Source: Gnetum montanum (Eukaryota; Plantae; Gnetophyta). From it: a DNA stretch of 64,000 bases. The notes under the pieces are model-generated. The model was not told the origin of the DNA, made no database searches, and saw only the letters and a program-made list of their open reading frames with translations. Positions 1 to 11,201 of the stretch are shown piece by piece. The DNA is taken from NCBI GenBank assembly GCA_015680685.1, contig MNCI01001670.1:203637-267636 (forward strand). Direction: 5' to 3'. Numbering within the stretch: position 1 is the stretch's first letter; every line of letters starts with the position of its first letter. The translations under genes were made by a program, and so were the position numbers.

Positions 1-201
1 CTAACAAAAATTAACTTTTTATTCAAATAGATGCGATAGCATGCATTGAGGCATCTATGTCAAGGCATATGCATTGAGGCATATGCCTCGACACAGTTGT
101 GTCAACGTAGCCAACAGATGCGATGACATGCATTGAGGCATCTACGTTGAGGAATCTGCCTCAACACGGTTGCATCAACGTACCCAACCAATGCTTCATC
201 A
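1..201 (-). mobile_element. Start (U3) of an Athila-type LTR inserted into the gag of the next element; runs off the window
   Basis: Minus strand begins TGATGAAGCA, like the TGATGAG starts of other Athila LTRs here. A CpG-decayed tandem array (gatgcga..catgcattgaggcatc repeated) follows. Its TGA supplies the stop of ORF 199..711. Confidence 0.6.
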
Positions 202-1197
202 ACTACAAAGTCCATCTATGATGTGGAAAGGTTTCTCTTCTTGAGAAAAACTATGGCCTAGACATCTATACAATAGATAATAGTATCTATCTAAGGCCAT
301 ATCCAAGGGTTCATGTTGTTCTTGTTTCAATCCTTGGATTTTTTTCCTTAGGTTGGATACCCTTGCATAGGTTTGGTATTTTTCATTGAAGAGTTCCAGC
401 ATTGTGGAACATCGATGGATTGAATTTGGCTTTAATAATCTATACCACACTTTGGCTTTGTTTACTAGTATCCTAGGGAAGAGCTTAAGGTTTTTCCACC
501 CACTTAAAATGTTTTGTATGACACAAGTATCATGGAAGGCTTGTAAATGATGTTGTTGATTAGAAATATAGCCTTCGGAAAATTTAGGAATGTTATTCAT
601 ATCAAATATTTTAATGTGACTTTCCTTGTGAGGCATGTGGAGTATTTTATCTAGCTTTGTAATCCATGTCATGCTCTTATTGGCCAACAAGGGTTCACCA
701 TCATCAAACATGTCATGGTGAAATTTTCTATTTCTATTTATCTAATTGTGACGATTTTGTCTATGCTCATTTCAATATCTTTGATTTTACCCTTGGTTTT
801 GATTTCTATTTTTATTTAGACCTCATAGTGGAGCTCGATCTCTATACCTAGGTTCATCCTTGTTGGAACTAGAAGTAGAAGAGGAAGAGGAAGACAAGGA
901 ACTAGGAGAGTCACCATAGCTTCTATAACATTTTCCATGATCCCTTGATTTATCTTTTCTAGGTTTTGTGGAGGTTCTAGGTATTGAGGCCTCCCCTAGT
1001 CTAGGACTTACTTCATATTCTCTAGGATTGTCTACCTTAAGTTACTCTAGTCCTTGAGTGTAATCAGGGTGATTATGAACATATGAAAGCCTTGAATGAG
1101 GTTGGTCACTCCAATTTTCTTTAATAAATATCTTGTTAGTTCTCCAATGAATGTTCTCTTCATATGATGCATTATTACTTCCATGTGAAAGAGACAT
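202..1197 (-). pseudogene. gag: Athila gag (retrotrans_gag), degenerate
   Basis: ORF 199..711 HLQAFHDTC..WKNLKLFPRIL..AKVWYRLLKPNSI aligns with gag at 61696-61992. N-terminus MSLSHG..HWRTN matches 61381 MPLLQD..HWRTN. Confidence 0.85.
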
Positions 1198-1303
1198 TGT
1201 TGTTAGTTAATGATGTACATGACTCAATATTATTTGAAAGATAAATCATTAACGTGTTTACAAAAATTACATATAATATAACTAATCTAAATAACTAGGA
1301 CCA

Positions 1304-1322
1304 TCCCCAGCAATGATGTCAA
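1304..1322 (-). promoter_or_regulatory. Primer-binding site, tRNA-Asp type
   Basis: ttgacatcattgctgggga is a deaminated TGGCGCCGTTGCCGGGGA, directly after the LTR terminal CA. Confidence 0.8.
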
Positions 1323-2209
1323 TGATAAGTGGCATGTACCCATATGCTCAACTATACGAATCACAAGCATTCATATGTGATCCAGCTGCATTCTATAAAT
1401 GGGACGAGTTGTGGCATCTAGATCCTTCTATCTTGATTACAGTTCGCTATCTTCCCACTTGAACTAGTGGTACCTTTATCATGTATGGTTTAGTCAAGAG
1501 TGAGGCATATGATTCTTGATGTTGTTTTGGCCTTATGCTACTCATAAGAATAATAAAGAAATCAACTATTTAACTAATTGATAATTGAAAGTAAAGTTTA
1601 AACTAGCCTACATGCGATGAGTATCCATTCCTAACCTTTTGTACATGCCTTGGACCTTGTGTAAATACTATTGGGATTACCAAGCATACCATTACTGAGG
1701 GTACCAAACGATAACACTACTAGGTTGCCAAGTAATTACACTTAAGCGCTCACAATTAGTCATACTCATTCTGCATAATGATAGAAACAATAGAGAACAA
1801 TAAATCATAATCATTAACTAAGGAAAATACTAATTATTTAAGTAATTAACACTAATAAAGCTAAGTGGATGCTACATTGATAAAAATAATATCAATCTTT
1901 ATTGCTAAACATGTAACGTGTTCATGTATGTCACACTCAAATAAGGATGTCATACAATCGCTTAACATCACACTACAGATATGCACTGGAAATAAACTAA
2001 CAAAACTTCTCTATGTCTACATCTAAAATCTATATGCAAATCATTCACCTAAGTGTTGCATTTATAGGTTAGCTTAAATGAGCCAATATCAAATCCTTGA
2101 CATCGAAGATTGTGCCTCGATATCAGATACTCGATAACATGGCTTTGATATCAAAGGCCTACTAAAACATGACTCATTACTAACAAAATCATAAAGCATT
2201 GTACATTTT

Positions 2210-3179
2210 GTTGGGCATCACTGTTGGGGGCTATAAGAGATTGTGATAATTAAATTAACAAAATAAATTAACATTTTGAAGTCATTTTAGAATATTGTGA
2301 TAATTTGTGAAATTAAAGAGATTGCTCACTAAAGGAGCTTGGGGTTGATTGGCTACCATCCTAGTTCAAATTCTTCTAGGAATAGAGTTTGGGAAACATG
2401 AATCTCATTATCTTTCTCAAGTGAAATGACATGTAGCTAGTCGATTAGGGGTAGGAGTAAGTGGTCTTTGTTGGGATGCTCTATGGGAAAACTCACTCAC
2501 AAAAATAAAAGCTCAAAAATATAAATGCTACTAAATTGAAAATTACTAGTAAATAGGAAAAATATTCAAATAATATATATATATATTTGAAAGAAAAACT
2601 AAAATTACAATATCTAAAATTTGAAAGAGAAACAATAAATGCAAAAATTATAGAAAAGTAAATGTAAATAGAACAATGTAATTAATGAGAAAGCCACCTT
2701 ACCAAAGTTAGAGCTAAGGTAAGGACCACCAAAATATAAACATCTAAACATGATTGGGAAAAATGAGGGCTTAGGAAATAAAATTAAATCATACTAGTAG
2801 AATTGAAAAATTGATGACTATCAACAAGAATAGGATTAGAAATGGGCAATGAGGGTTTAAAAAATAGAAGCTTTCAGAAACTTGAAAATAGAGATTTTTA
2901 GAAAGTAGAAATAGAAATAGTAGCAAAAATAGAAAAATAAAAGGTTTTGGTAACAAAAATTCATGGGAACTAAAATAAAATAGGAATTTTTAGAAAATGT
3001 AAATAGGAACAGAGATTGAAAAATGGATATTTTCAAGAAATAAAAATAGAAACACTAATAGAAATTTTTAGGAACTATAAACAAAAAACTAAAAAACTAA
3101 AAATAGAGATAGGGAAATGAAAAAAAAGCCCTCCTTCTAGCATCAAAAAGGTGTTGATGTATAAATTTTGGACACAACA
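2210..3179 (-). mobile_element. Probable Tat-lineage 5' LTR (2222-3179) with remnant tRNA-Lys PBS (2210-2220)
   Basis: Minus strand TGTTGTGTCCAAAATTT...GCCCCCAACA, followed by g-TGATGCCCAAC (cf. TGGCGCCCAAC). No convincing TSD seen. Confidence 0.5.
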
Positions 3180-3236
3180 ACACCCACAAAACTCATTTTG
3201 AGAGACTTTTGCTTAGGGTGCCTCTTGTATGAGTAC

Positions 3237-3330
3237 AGAAACTTGGGAATAGTCTTATCTGAAAAGGGCTATGAGACATTTTAAGAAACTTGGGAATAGT
3301 CTCAACTGAAAAGGGCTATGTGACATTTTA
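3237..3330. repeat. 47-bp tandem duplication (2 copies)
   Basis: agaaacttgggaatagtct..tgaaaagggctatg.gacatttta twice, with few mismatches. Confidence 0.9.
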
Positions 3331-4034
3331 ACAAATAAGTTGAACCAGTAAATTTTAACAATGAAATTTTAACAAAATAACTATATGAATTTAACTGGAT
3401 AAGGAAAATTACAATAGTACTTTATTAAACAAACTGAAAAATAAAATCTTTAAAATAACTGGGAGCTTGAAACTCCATATACAAGTAGATGCCTTAGTTA
3501 TAGTGTCTATTTAGGAACAAACATATGAAAGAGACTAATGCACTAGGTTACAAGATCATTAAATAAAGATAATTGGGCAAATGACTTAGCTCAATAAAGA
3601 GCACTCGTTTGACCAATAAGGTTGGAAGCTCTGGTGCCTATTTGTCTACCCATGCTTGGGGGAAGCACACCTCCTCTAACAAGATTGTACCATTGGTTCT
3701 AGGATATGTTCACAGCTTTGCTTCGAACTTCCTTCAAAACCACCACCACCCAAAGCTAGTTTGTAGGTTCCACTACCAAATTTTGGAAAGGGTTCTTTCA
3801 ATTTCTTTCCTTTGTTCTACCCCCATTTCTTGTTTTTTCATCTTCCTCATAGGAGGGCTTTATTAGTATTGATCTATCTTCACTGCCTACCACTTCAACT
3901 ACCTTCCCTCTTCTAGTCTTCTTGAAAGCTACATAACAATAGATGAAAGTGAAGGCCAAATGCCATAAGAGACAAAACCAAGAATGTTAAACAAGCTAGA
4001 CAAAGACTCCCCATAGCCATCCTCAACTAATAAT

Positions 4035-4160
4035 ATGAATGAAACCAAAGTGGCATCAACAACCCACATAATTTATTAAGGACTCAAAACAACGAACATG
4101 AATGAAACCAAAGTGGCATCAACAACCCACATAATTTATTAAGGACTCAAAACAACGAAC
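4035..4160. repeat. Perfect 63-bp tandem duplication
   Basis: atgaatgaaaccaaagtggcatcaacaacccacataatttattaaggactcaaaacaacgaac x2, identical. Confidence 0.95.
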
Positions 4161-4894
4161 ACAACGCGTAGGATCTCTTTGCCGAGTAATAATGCGTAAA
4201 ACTATAGCTCATATGAAACACATGTAGAACAATAAGTTAAATGAAATGTCTAGAACATAAAGTCCAAAATTTCTGAATGACTAAAAATACTTAAAATGTA
4301 AAACTAAGACATAGCCTACTTCTTGAAAATAGTTTCGCTGGTTGGGTATTGAACCAGGAAAACACGCACAACAGAAACTTTGAACACAAAATGGAATAAT
4401 ATGAAACAAAATGGAAGGACAACGAGAGTTCCTATGGATCCATCTCAACAGCAACACCAAGGTTTGTCGTCATGAGGGATCACTATAGTCACAGTGACTG
4501 TAGCACCACAGCCAACCAGGTGAGTAGCATGCCTTGCTACCGTGGCTGAGTGCCAATGCCTCACACACTTCAGACGAGAGGAACAATGCATAGGCATTGG
4601 AGGAGCTGAACTTGGTGACGGAAGGGACGCACAAACGAGCCACTAATTATTTAACTCTGATAATTGCTACTTCGGGTAGGAACTTACGGTAGGAAATATG
4701 GGTAAAACCATGAACTAGATAAGATGAATTCCTGAGCATAAGGAGAGTCAGAATTCCTGAGCATAAGGCCTGTGCATTGTGAACAATAGTGGATATATGG
4801 AACACTAATATTATAATTACTTGAAACATATCAAAAGCTACGTAATTCTTTCCATAACTGCTTTTCCTTTGGTTCTGAATTCTACCTTTCGGGG

Positions 4895-5450
4895 ATGTTT
4901 AAAACCTAACTATAAGAACTGGCTCAGAAGAGATGCCTCGACCTACAAATGCACATCCATAAGTGAGAAGGTCCAAATTACAATCCATGTTTCCAAGCGG
5001 TGGTTTGCTTTGATGACGAGATGTACATAAATTGTGAGTTTTTTAGCACACTGCGACAGGCTCAAGAAGCTGCCGCAAAAGTAGCCCTACGAATGGTTAT
5101 AGAGAGAGATCTCGTGGAGGTGACTTTCGATAAAACAGGTATGAGCAAACATTTTATTGTAGGAAACAGTGCTCAAGGTAGGAATCGTGCCACCAGTCTA
5201 CCATACGGTGGCGTCCAAACCAGGGCATCTGCCCATATTTACATGCACAATTAAAGCTACCGGATGGATGTTCACCGGGTAGTCTGCAAAAATGAAGAAG
5301 CAGGTGGAGAAAAACATGGCCATGGTGGCATGGGAGGCATTAAAGAAACGTCAGAGCGATGAAGCCTCCACATCTCACGGCCAAGTGAAACCTGACCAAC
5401 TCTGCACACCACGGTGGTTGAGAAATCTAAAGCATAGATTATTGATGTAG
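4895..5450 (+). pseudogene. DRB: Double-stranded RNA-binding protein pseudogene, DRB2/3/5-like, two dsRBDs
   Basis: Manual translation: MFKT*L*ELAQKRCLDL...*EGPNYNPCFQAVVCFDDEMY..EFFSTLRQAQEAAAKVAL...DKTGMSK. After a frameshift: LL*ETVLKVGIVPPVYHT..PGHLPIFTCTIKATGWMFTG*SAKMKKQVEKNMAMVAWEALK. Colinear with DRB2 MYKNQLQELAQR..STLRQAEHSAAEVAL..DETGVYKNLLQE..AKNKKQAEKNAAMAAW. Five stops and one frameshift. Confidence 0.9.
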
Positions 5451-8287
5451 AAAAATAGCCTCCCATCAGGCTGCCCAGTGCACCAGGTGTTTACCCATTT
5501 AGTTTGGTTTTAGGATCGGCAAATCATATGCCAAATGCATCCATGGCAACCTTGTTTTCCGTTAGCCTTAAATAATTTCTTACTCGGAATGAAGCTGCTA
5601 ATAACAACATTGTATCTATTTCAAAATTCAGACTGGAACAGACTCATCAAATTTAATTTGCATGACGATCTAATTTATCTGTGAATTTTTAGTGTAGTAA
5701 TGGGCTTTCCCTTCGATGCATGGTGTTTGTGTCATGTAATAGGAATTGACTCTCTAACATGACATGGGAAACCAAGCAAAACAACGAGTAATATTTACAT
5801 GACAATCAAACATTGTTCTCTTTTTCTCTCTCTTCTTTTTGCAATCTTGTTATGTGGGAAAATATTTTTAGAAAGGAAGAAAATACAGTTTTCACCCAAG
5901 CACTCAAGGTTTTAATCAGAAAGCATGCCTTCAAACTTTCATAGGAGAATTTCCCAAAACTTTACTTTAAAGCAAATTAACTAAAGGTCCCATGGTAGCA
6001 CGGGAGGGAGGGTTGGCATCAATAGTAGTCATTTTATTGTTACTAACACTTCTGTGGATGTCCATCTCATACTATAAATATGATTACAAGGAGATATTAA
6101 AGGCAATGTATTTTGCTTTCATCCTTATGCTATTTGCTTTCCTATTCTCTTTTATCCATTGTGCTTGTATAATTCTCTCTGATAGAGATCCAAGAACCTT
6201 TTTCTTGCTAGGCATTTTCTAGTTTTTTCTTTTGCAAAATATATTATTCTGTAGTTTTTTAATTAGGCCTCATAATTGGTATCAAAGCAAGGTTATTCTT
6301 GTGCTGAATTGTTTAGAAGAGTTTGATTGTTGTGGTTTTTTACCAAGGTATGCACATGGTAGTTCTATTTTTCCAAGGGTTTCTACTTATGGTAATTTTT
6401 TGTTAGGTTGCACCTATGGTAGTTCTTTATCCCCTATTTGCTAATTTGAGGTTAAAGGAAAGTCTAAAGAATCTTTGGCAAGTGGCTATTGAATCCAAAT
6501 TTTTTGGCAAGTGGTTGCTAAATGTAACCTTATACCTAACAAGTAATCAAATTGGAAGGCCTTCAATAGGAAATTAAGAAGTGGTCGAATCATCTTCAAT
6601 TTTTCTCTATTGTGTAATATTTCTAAAATATCTAAAATATGTTATATATTGAAATGTAATTTCTCCTCCTTATCAAGAGGGAGATTTTTCCTTGGGATTG
6701 AAAGAGATTTTGTACATAGTGTCTTGGAGTTGATGGCACTAGAAGAGTTTCTTGGAGCTAATGATATTAAAAGAGTTTTTTGATGCGTTGATTTTGGTTC
6801 AAAGTTAGGAAGATCTGTGAAAGGAAAAGTAAAAATCCAATTCAACAATGAAACTTCTAAAAAAATGCATAATGTATTTATTGATTTTGATTAAAATTTA
6901 GAGGGTCATCCTTCCTTGGTAGGAGACATTAATCTTGACCAACAAGATGATATGAATGATATACAAGAAATAACTATAGGGGAAGATTTAATTGAAGATG
7001 AGGAAATAAAGTATCAACATGATGCTCTATCAACTTCATAACCCTTAATATGGTTTGGTCATATATGAAAAATACCTACTTAGTTTAAAGATAAAATTCT
7101 AATTGCTAAAGCTAAATCACTTACTTATAATGAAGTGTCTATATCTCTTTATCTTAAAGAGTGGAAGTGAGCGATGGATGATGAAATATCCTCTATTGAT
7201 AAGAATCAGACATGAGAATTAGTTAAACTATGGAGCAGGTTCACTCCACTAATTAATTCTATTAAATGCTAAATCCAAATATTATGCAAAGATAAAATGC
7301 TTTTCTAGAAAACAAGAAAACTAGCTATCATCAATTATTTTATTAGAAGATTACAATCAATTATTAAAAAATCATAAATAATTAAAACTTATCACACTCA
7401 AATGATATTTTAGAAAATGTGCTCTACAACCACACAATAGCTATTCTCAATGCAAGACACAACTAATAGAGAATGTCTCCTACAACTTGGGACTAAGATC
7501 TCAACTCATAAGTAAGGCATAATTGACTAGAGCATAAAGACCAATAGACCACAAGCTAATATTGGAGCTACAACTACCAATTACACTAACTCAATGTGCT
7601 CACCCACTCTCTCTTGCCCAACTCTTTACACATACAAGAGCTTTATCTTACTCATCTTTATCAACAATGATGAAATATAACAATACTTATCACAAAATGA
7701 AAGACAAGAAACTTAGAAACCTTTCCTTAAATTAACTTAAGGCTCTTCAGATGTTTCCCAAGTCTTCTCACATTCTCCCTAGTTATTTATATCCTTTTCC
7801 ATCACATCGTGGCTATTTCTCAAATTGGAATGTATGTTTTGGAAGTTTTCCCATCTGTACTAGTCATCTTTGATCTTGGAAAGACATCTCTGCATCAACC
7901 TAGCTCTCTAGTAAGATGTCTACTATTTCTATGAGATGTCTCTTCTAGGGGCCAAAACATCTTCACTTGTGGTAAGATGTATTATTTGAGATGTTACATT
8001 TGTAGGTAAGACATCTTGTCTATAACATCTCAAGTTCTAGTAAGATGTCTCACATGAGGTGTCATCTTTTCAGTTGATACATCTCACTCAAGATGTTAGT
8101 GCAAATAGTAAGATGTCTCCTTTAATCTCCAAACATTTCCTATTACTCCCAAGCTTTAGCTAAGACATCTTCTAGCCCTCCAAGATGTCTCTCTAGTCTC
8201 CAAAACTTTCAAAACACACATGTATGGAGGAACAAGGGATTAGAAGAGGTATCTTTATACTAGCTCTCCCACCCTTCAAAAAGTGAC

Positions 8288-10067
8288 TCAATTGAACAAG
8301 GGAGTAGGGGTTGAAGTGAGCCCCAAATCATGGAGATTGATCTCAACAAATTGATCCTTCCAATGGATCAAATATTTATGCCTCTTGACTTCCCAAGTTC
8401 TAGGAGCTTTTCTCTTCTTGAGTATTATTGTCTTCATCTCCATTGAAGGCTTGGATTGATCAATAGACCCATTCAACTCATCGATGCTACCTTGTATGGT
8501 CTTCTCATTAGCTAGTCCATGATAATGCATAAGATATACAACATTAAAAACAAAAGACATACCAACATCATTTGGTAAATTAATCTCAAAAGCATTTTCA
8601 TTCATTTTAGCCTTGATTTCAAAGGTTTCATCTTCTTGGCTTTGAATTTAGAAAAGTAAACACCTCTCAGCTGCTTCTTCTTTAAGTGCATCCAAAATAT
8701 ATCACCATTAGCAAAATTAGAATTTTTTTATCCTCATTCCTCTTAAAGACTCTATCTTCAACCTTCTTCTCTAAATTTGATTTTACTTGTGCATGGAGAT
8801 TCCTCATCTCTTACACAAAACTAACACTAAGTTAAGCGTCACCATCAAAGCTCTTCAAGGTATTTACCATCTTTGAAAAAAATCCATAGTTCACCTCAAA
8901 TGAGCTTTTTCCAATAGTAACATGAAAAGCATTATTGTATGAAAAGTTAGCATGACACAACAAGTTTTCCCACCTGTTTAGCTATCCATCACACACATCT
9001 CCATATGTTTAGCAAGGATTTATTCACCACCTCTATTTGGCCATTAGATTGTGGATGATATGCACTAGAAAAATTCAAATTTATTCCTAAAATATTCTAA
9101 AGGGACCTTCAAAAGTGACTTGTGAACTTGGAGTCTCTATCACTAATAATATTCAAAGGAATATCATGCAACTTCACCACATGCTAGAAACACAAATTTG
9201 CAACATGAGAAGCATCACTCATCTTCTTGAATGGAGTGAAATGTGCCATCTTGGAGAGTCTATCTACAAAAACAAAAATTGCATCATTCCCACTCCTGAT
9301 CTTTGAAATACCACTCACAAAATCCATTGATACACTTTCCCATGAATCCTTGGGATTTGGAAAAGGCATAAAGTATCCATCCACACCTTAACCTCCCTTG
9401 AACATCTGACATGTTGAGCACTTCTTCACAAAATTTGAAACTTTTGTTGCTATACTAGGCCAAAAATGATACCTACTTACAAGTTCTAATGTTTTATCCT
9501 AGCCCATGTGACTTTCCACATCACTACAATGCTTTTCAAACCAAATATTTTTTTGAAAATCATAATTAGAAATACATACCTTTCCATTCTTAAATAATAG
9601 TTTATCTTGAATATGCTAGTTCCTCCACTGGTCTATCATACTCATCAATGGTTCTTTGAGGCTTTTCCAAACCTATTCAAAATCATCATCATGCTTATAC
9701 AAGGAAGAAAAATCATTCATATCTTCCACATGAGGTGCACTGAAATTCACCATATGCACCCTATATAATGCATAGCCACCATATGGACCTTTCCACTTTT
9801 GTTCTTTAACACAAAAATTGAACTCCTGTAACTATGCAACTTAATTCATGTGATTTGCACTTAACTTCTTTTGTGAGTTTAGAAATTGAAGTGCTTTGGG
9901 GTACGTCATCAAAGTCAACTACTTGGATAACAAATAATGCCTCTAATGCTTGATTGCTTGAAGAATAGTATACAACTCCTTCTCATATATGCTATATTTT
10001 TTGCTTAACTCATTTAACTTTCTTGGAAAGAAAGAAATGGGCCTACCTTCTTGTGAAATTATCCCAC
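8288..10067 (-). pseudogene. pol: Element B RNase H (3' part), integrase and C-terminal chromodomain-like region
   Basis: ISQEGRPISFF..YSIYEKELY; WESVSMDFVSG..FVFVDRLSKMAHF; NAFEINLP..VFNV; ILKKR..RT..YLIHWK. Confidence 0.9.
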
Positions 10068-11201
10068 TAATGAGCAATTGGATATTCCAAACCTCCACCA
10101 TACAAGTCACAATTGTACACATGTGACCTGATTGTAATATGTGGATGGCCAATGTAGATTCAAGAGTAATTAAGGTTCAATTCATGATCATTGTCTTCTC
10201 ACGTTGAGTTAGTGAAGTTCAAGATGTATGATTTAACTCTTGGTGAGGCATATGATAGATTGAAGTTGTTGGCTCAAATTAAGGCTAAGTGTAAACATGG
10301 TTGAAATAGAGTAATATAATCTAAGTTTAAGTGTAATGTAAGTAAAAAGACTATTTTGTCCTATAGGTAATAAGAATCCATTCCTAGTACCATTCACACC
10401 TTGGGCTTATGAAACTATCATTGGGATTAACAAGTGTTATACTACTAGACAAACTAAGCAATAACACTATTAGGATTACCAAATGATCACACTATACATT
10501 CGAAACCAGTTGTACTTATAGTATCATACTAAGGAATAATGGAAGAGTAAAGTACTTCGGAACTATAAATAACTTAAGAAAAGTAAACATGTGGAAAAGT
10601 GGTAATTATAATAATTAAATATAAATAATTAAAAGTAAATTAAACTAAATATAATCCTGCAACTTGATATTTATTTCTAGCCATGAATTATGCCTAAGAA
10701 TAATTCACTCAAACAAAGATTCCATACTATTGTTTAACACCACAATGTGGGCATTCCCTAAATTGCTAAGTATAAAATCACAAAAGAAAACTACAAGAAT
10801 TTTCCTAAGTGTTAGATCAAAGTTGTTTATTTGACATGCTGATGGGTTGGTATTTATAGTCTAAACTAGGATCCACTACATTATATCTACAATAACATAA
10901 GTAGAGCTATGATACCGTGGATACAATATCACATTGAAGACTTAAGAGATTTTATTATACTCCCATGACTAACTAGAAACTCATCCTTGAGTTAAAACAA
11001 AAGGAGGATAAAGTTCCTTAAAAAAAATTTTGGATTGTATACAGACTTAAATAATGACTTATTTACATTACTAACTCTACTATGAATGCCACATTATGGT
11101 TTGAGTGATGTTTACAAAATTATCATGCATTACATGATGGACACACATGACAAAAAAAAACAAAAACAAAAAAAAAATAAAATTCAAAGGTTGATGTAGC
11201 C

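Larger units (their letters stand above)
202..2179 (-). mobile_element. Athila-lineage Ty3/Gypsy element, 5' part (LTR, PBS, gag)
   Basis: LTR 1323-2179 (minus: TAATGAGTC...CTTATCA) is homologous to LTR 60404-61241. A tRNA-Asp-type PBS and gag follow. Confidence 0.85.

Noticed and set aside
3331-4034. ORF 3609-3866 and a purine-rich minus strand
   Set aside because: No recognisable domain; probably decayed TE sequence but cannot be assigned.
5992-6222. Hydrophobic small ORFs repeated at 44860-45048
   Set aside because: They are the two LTR copies of Copia A; T-rich DNA yields spurious TM-like peptides (also 30355-30624).
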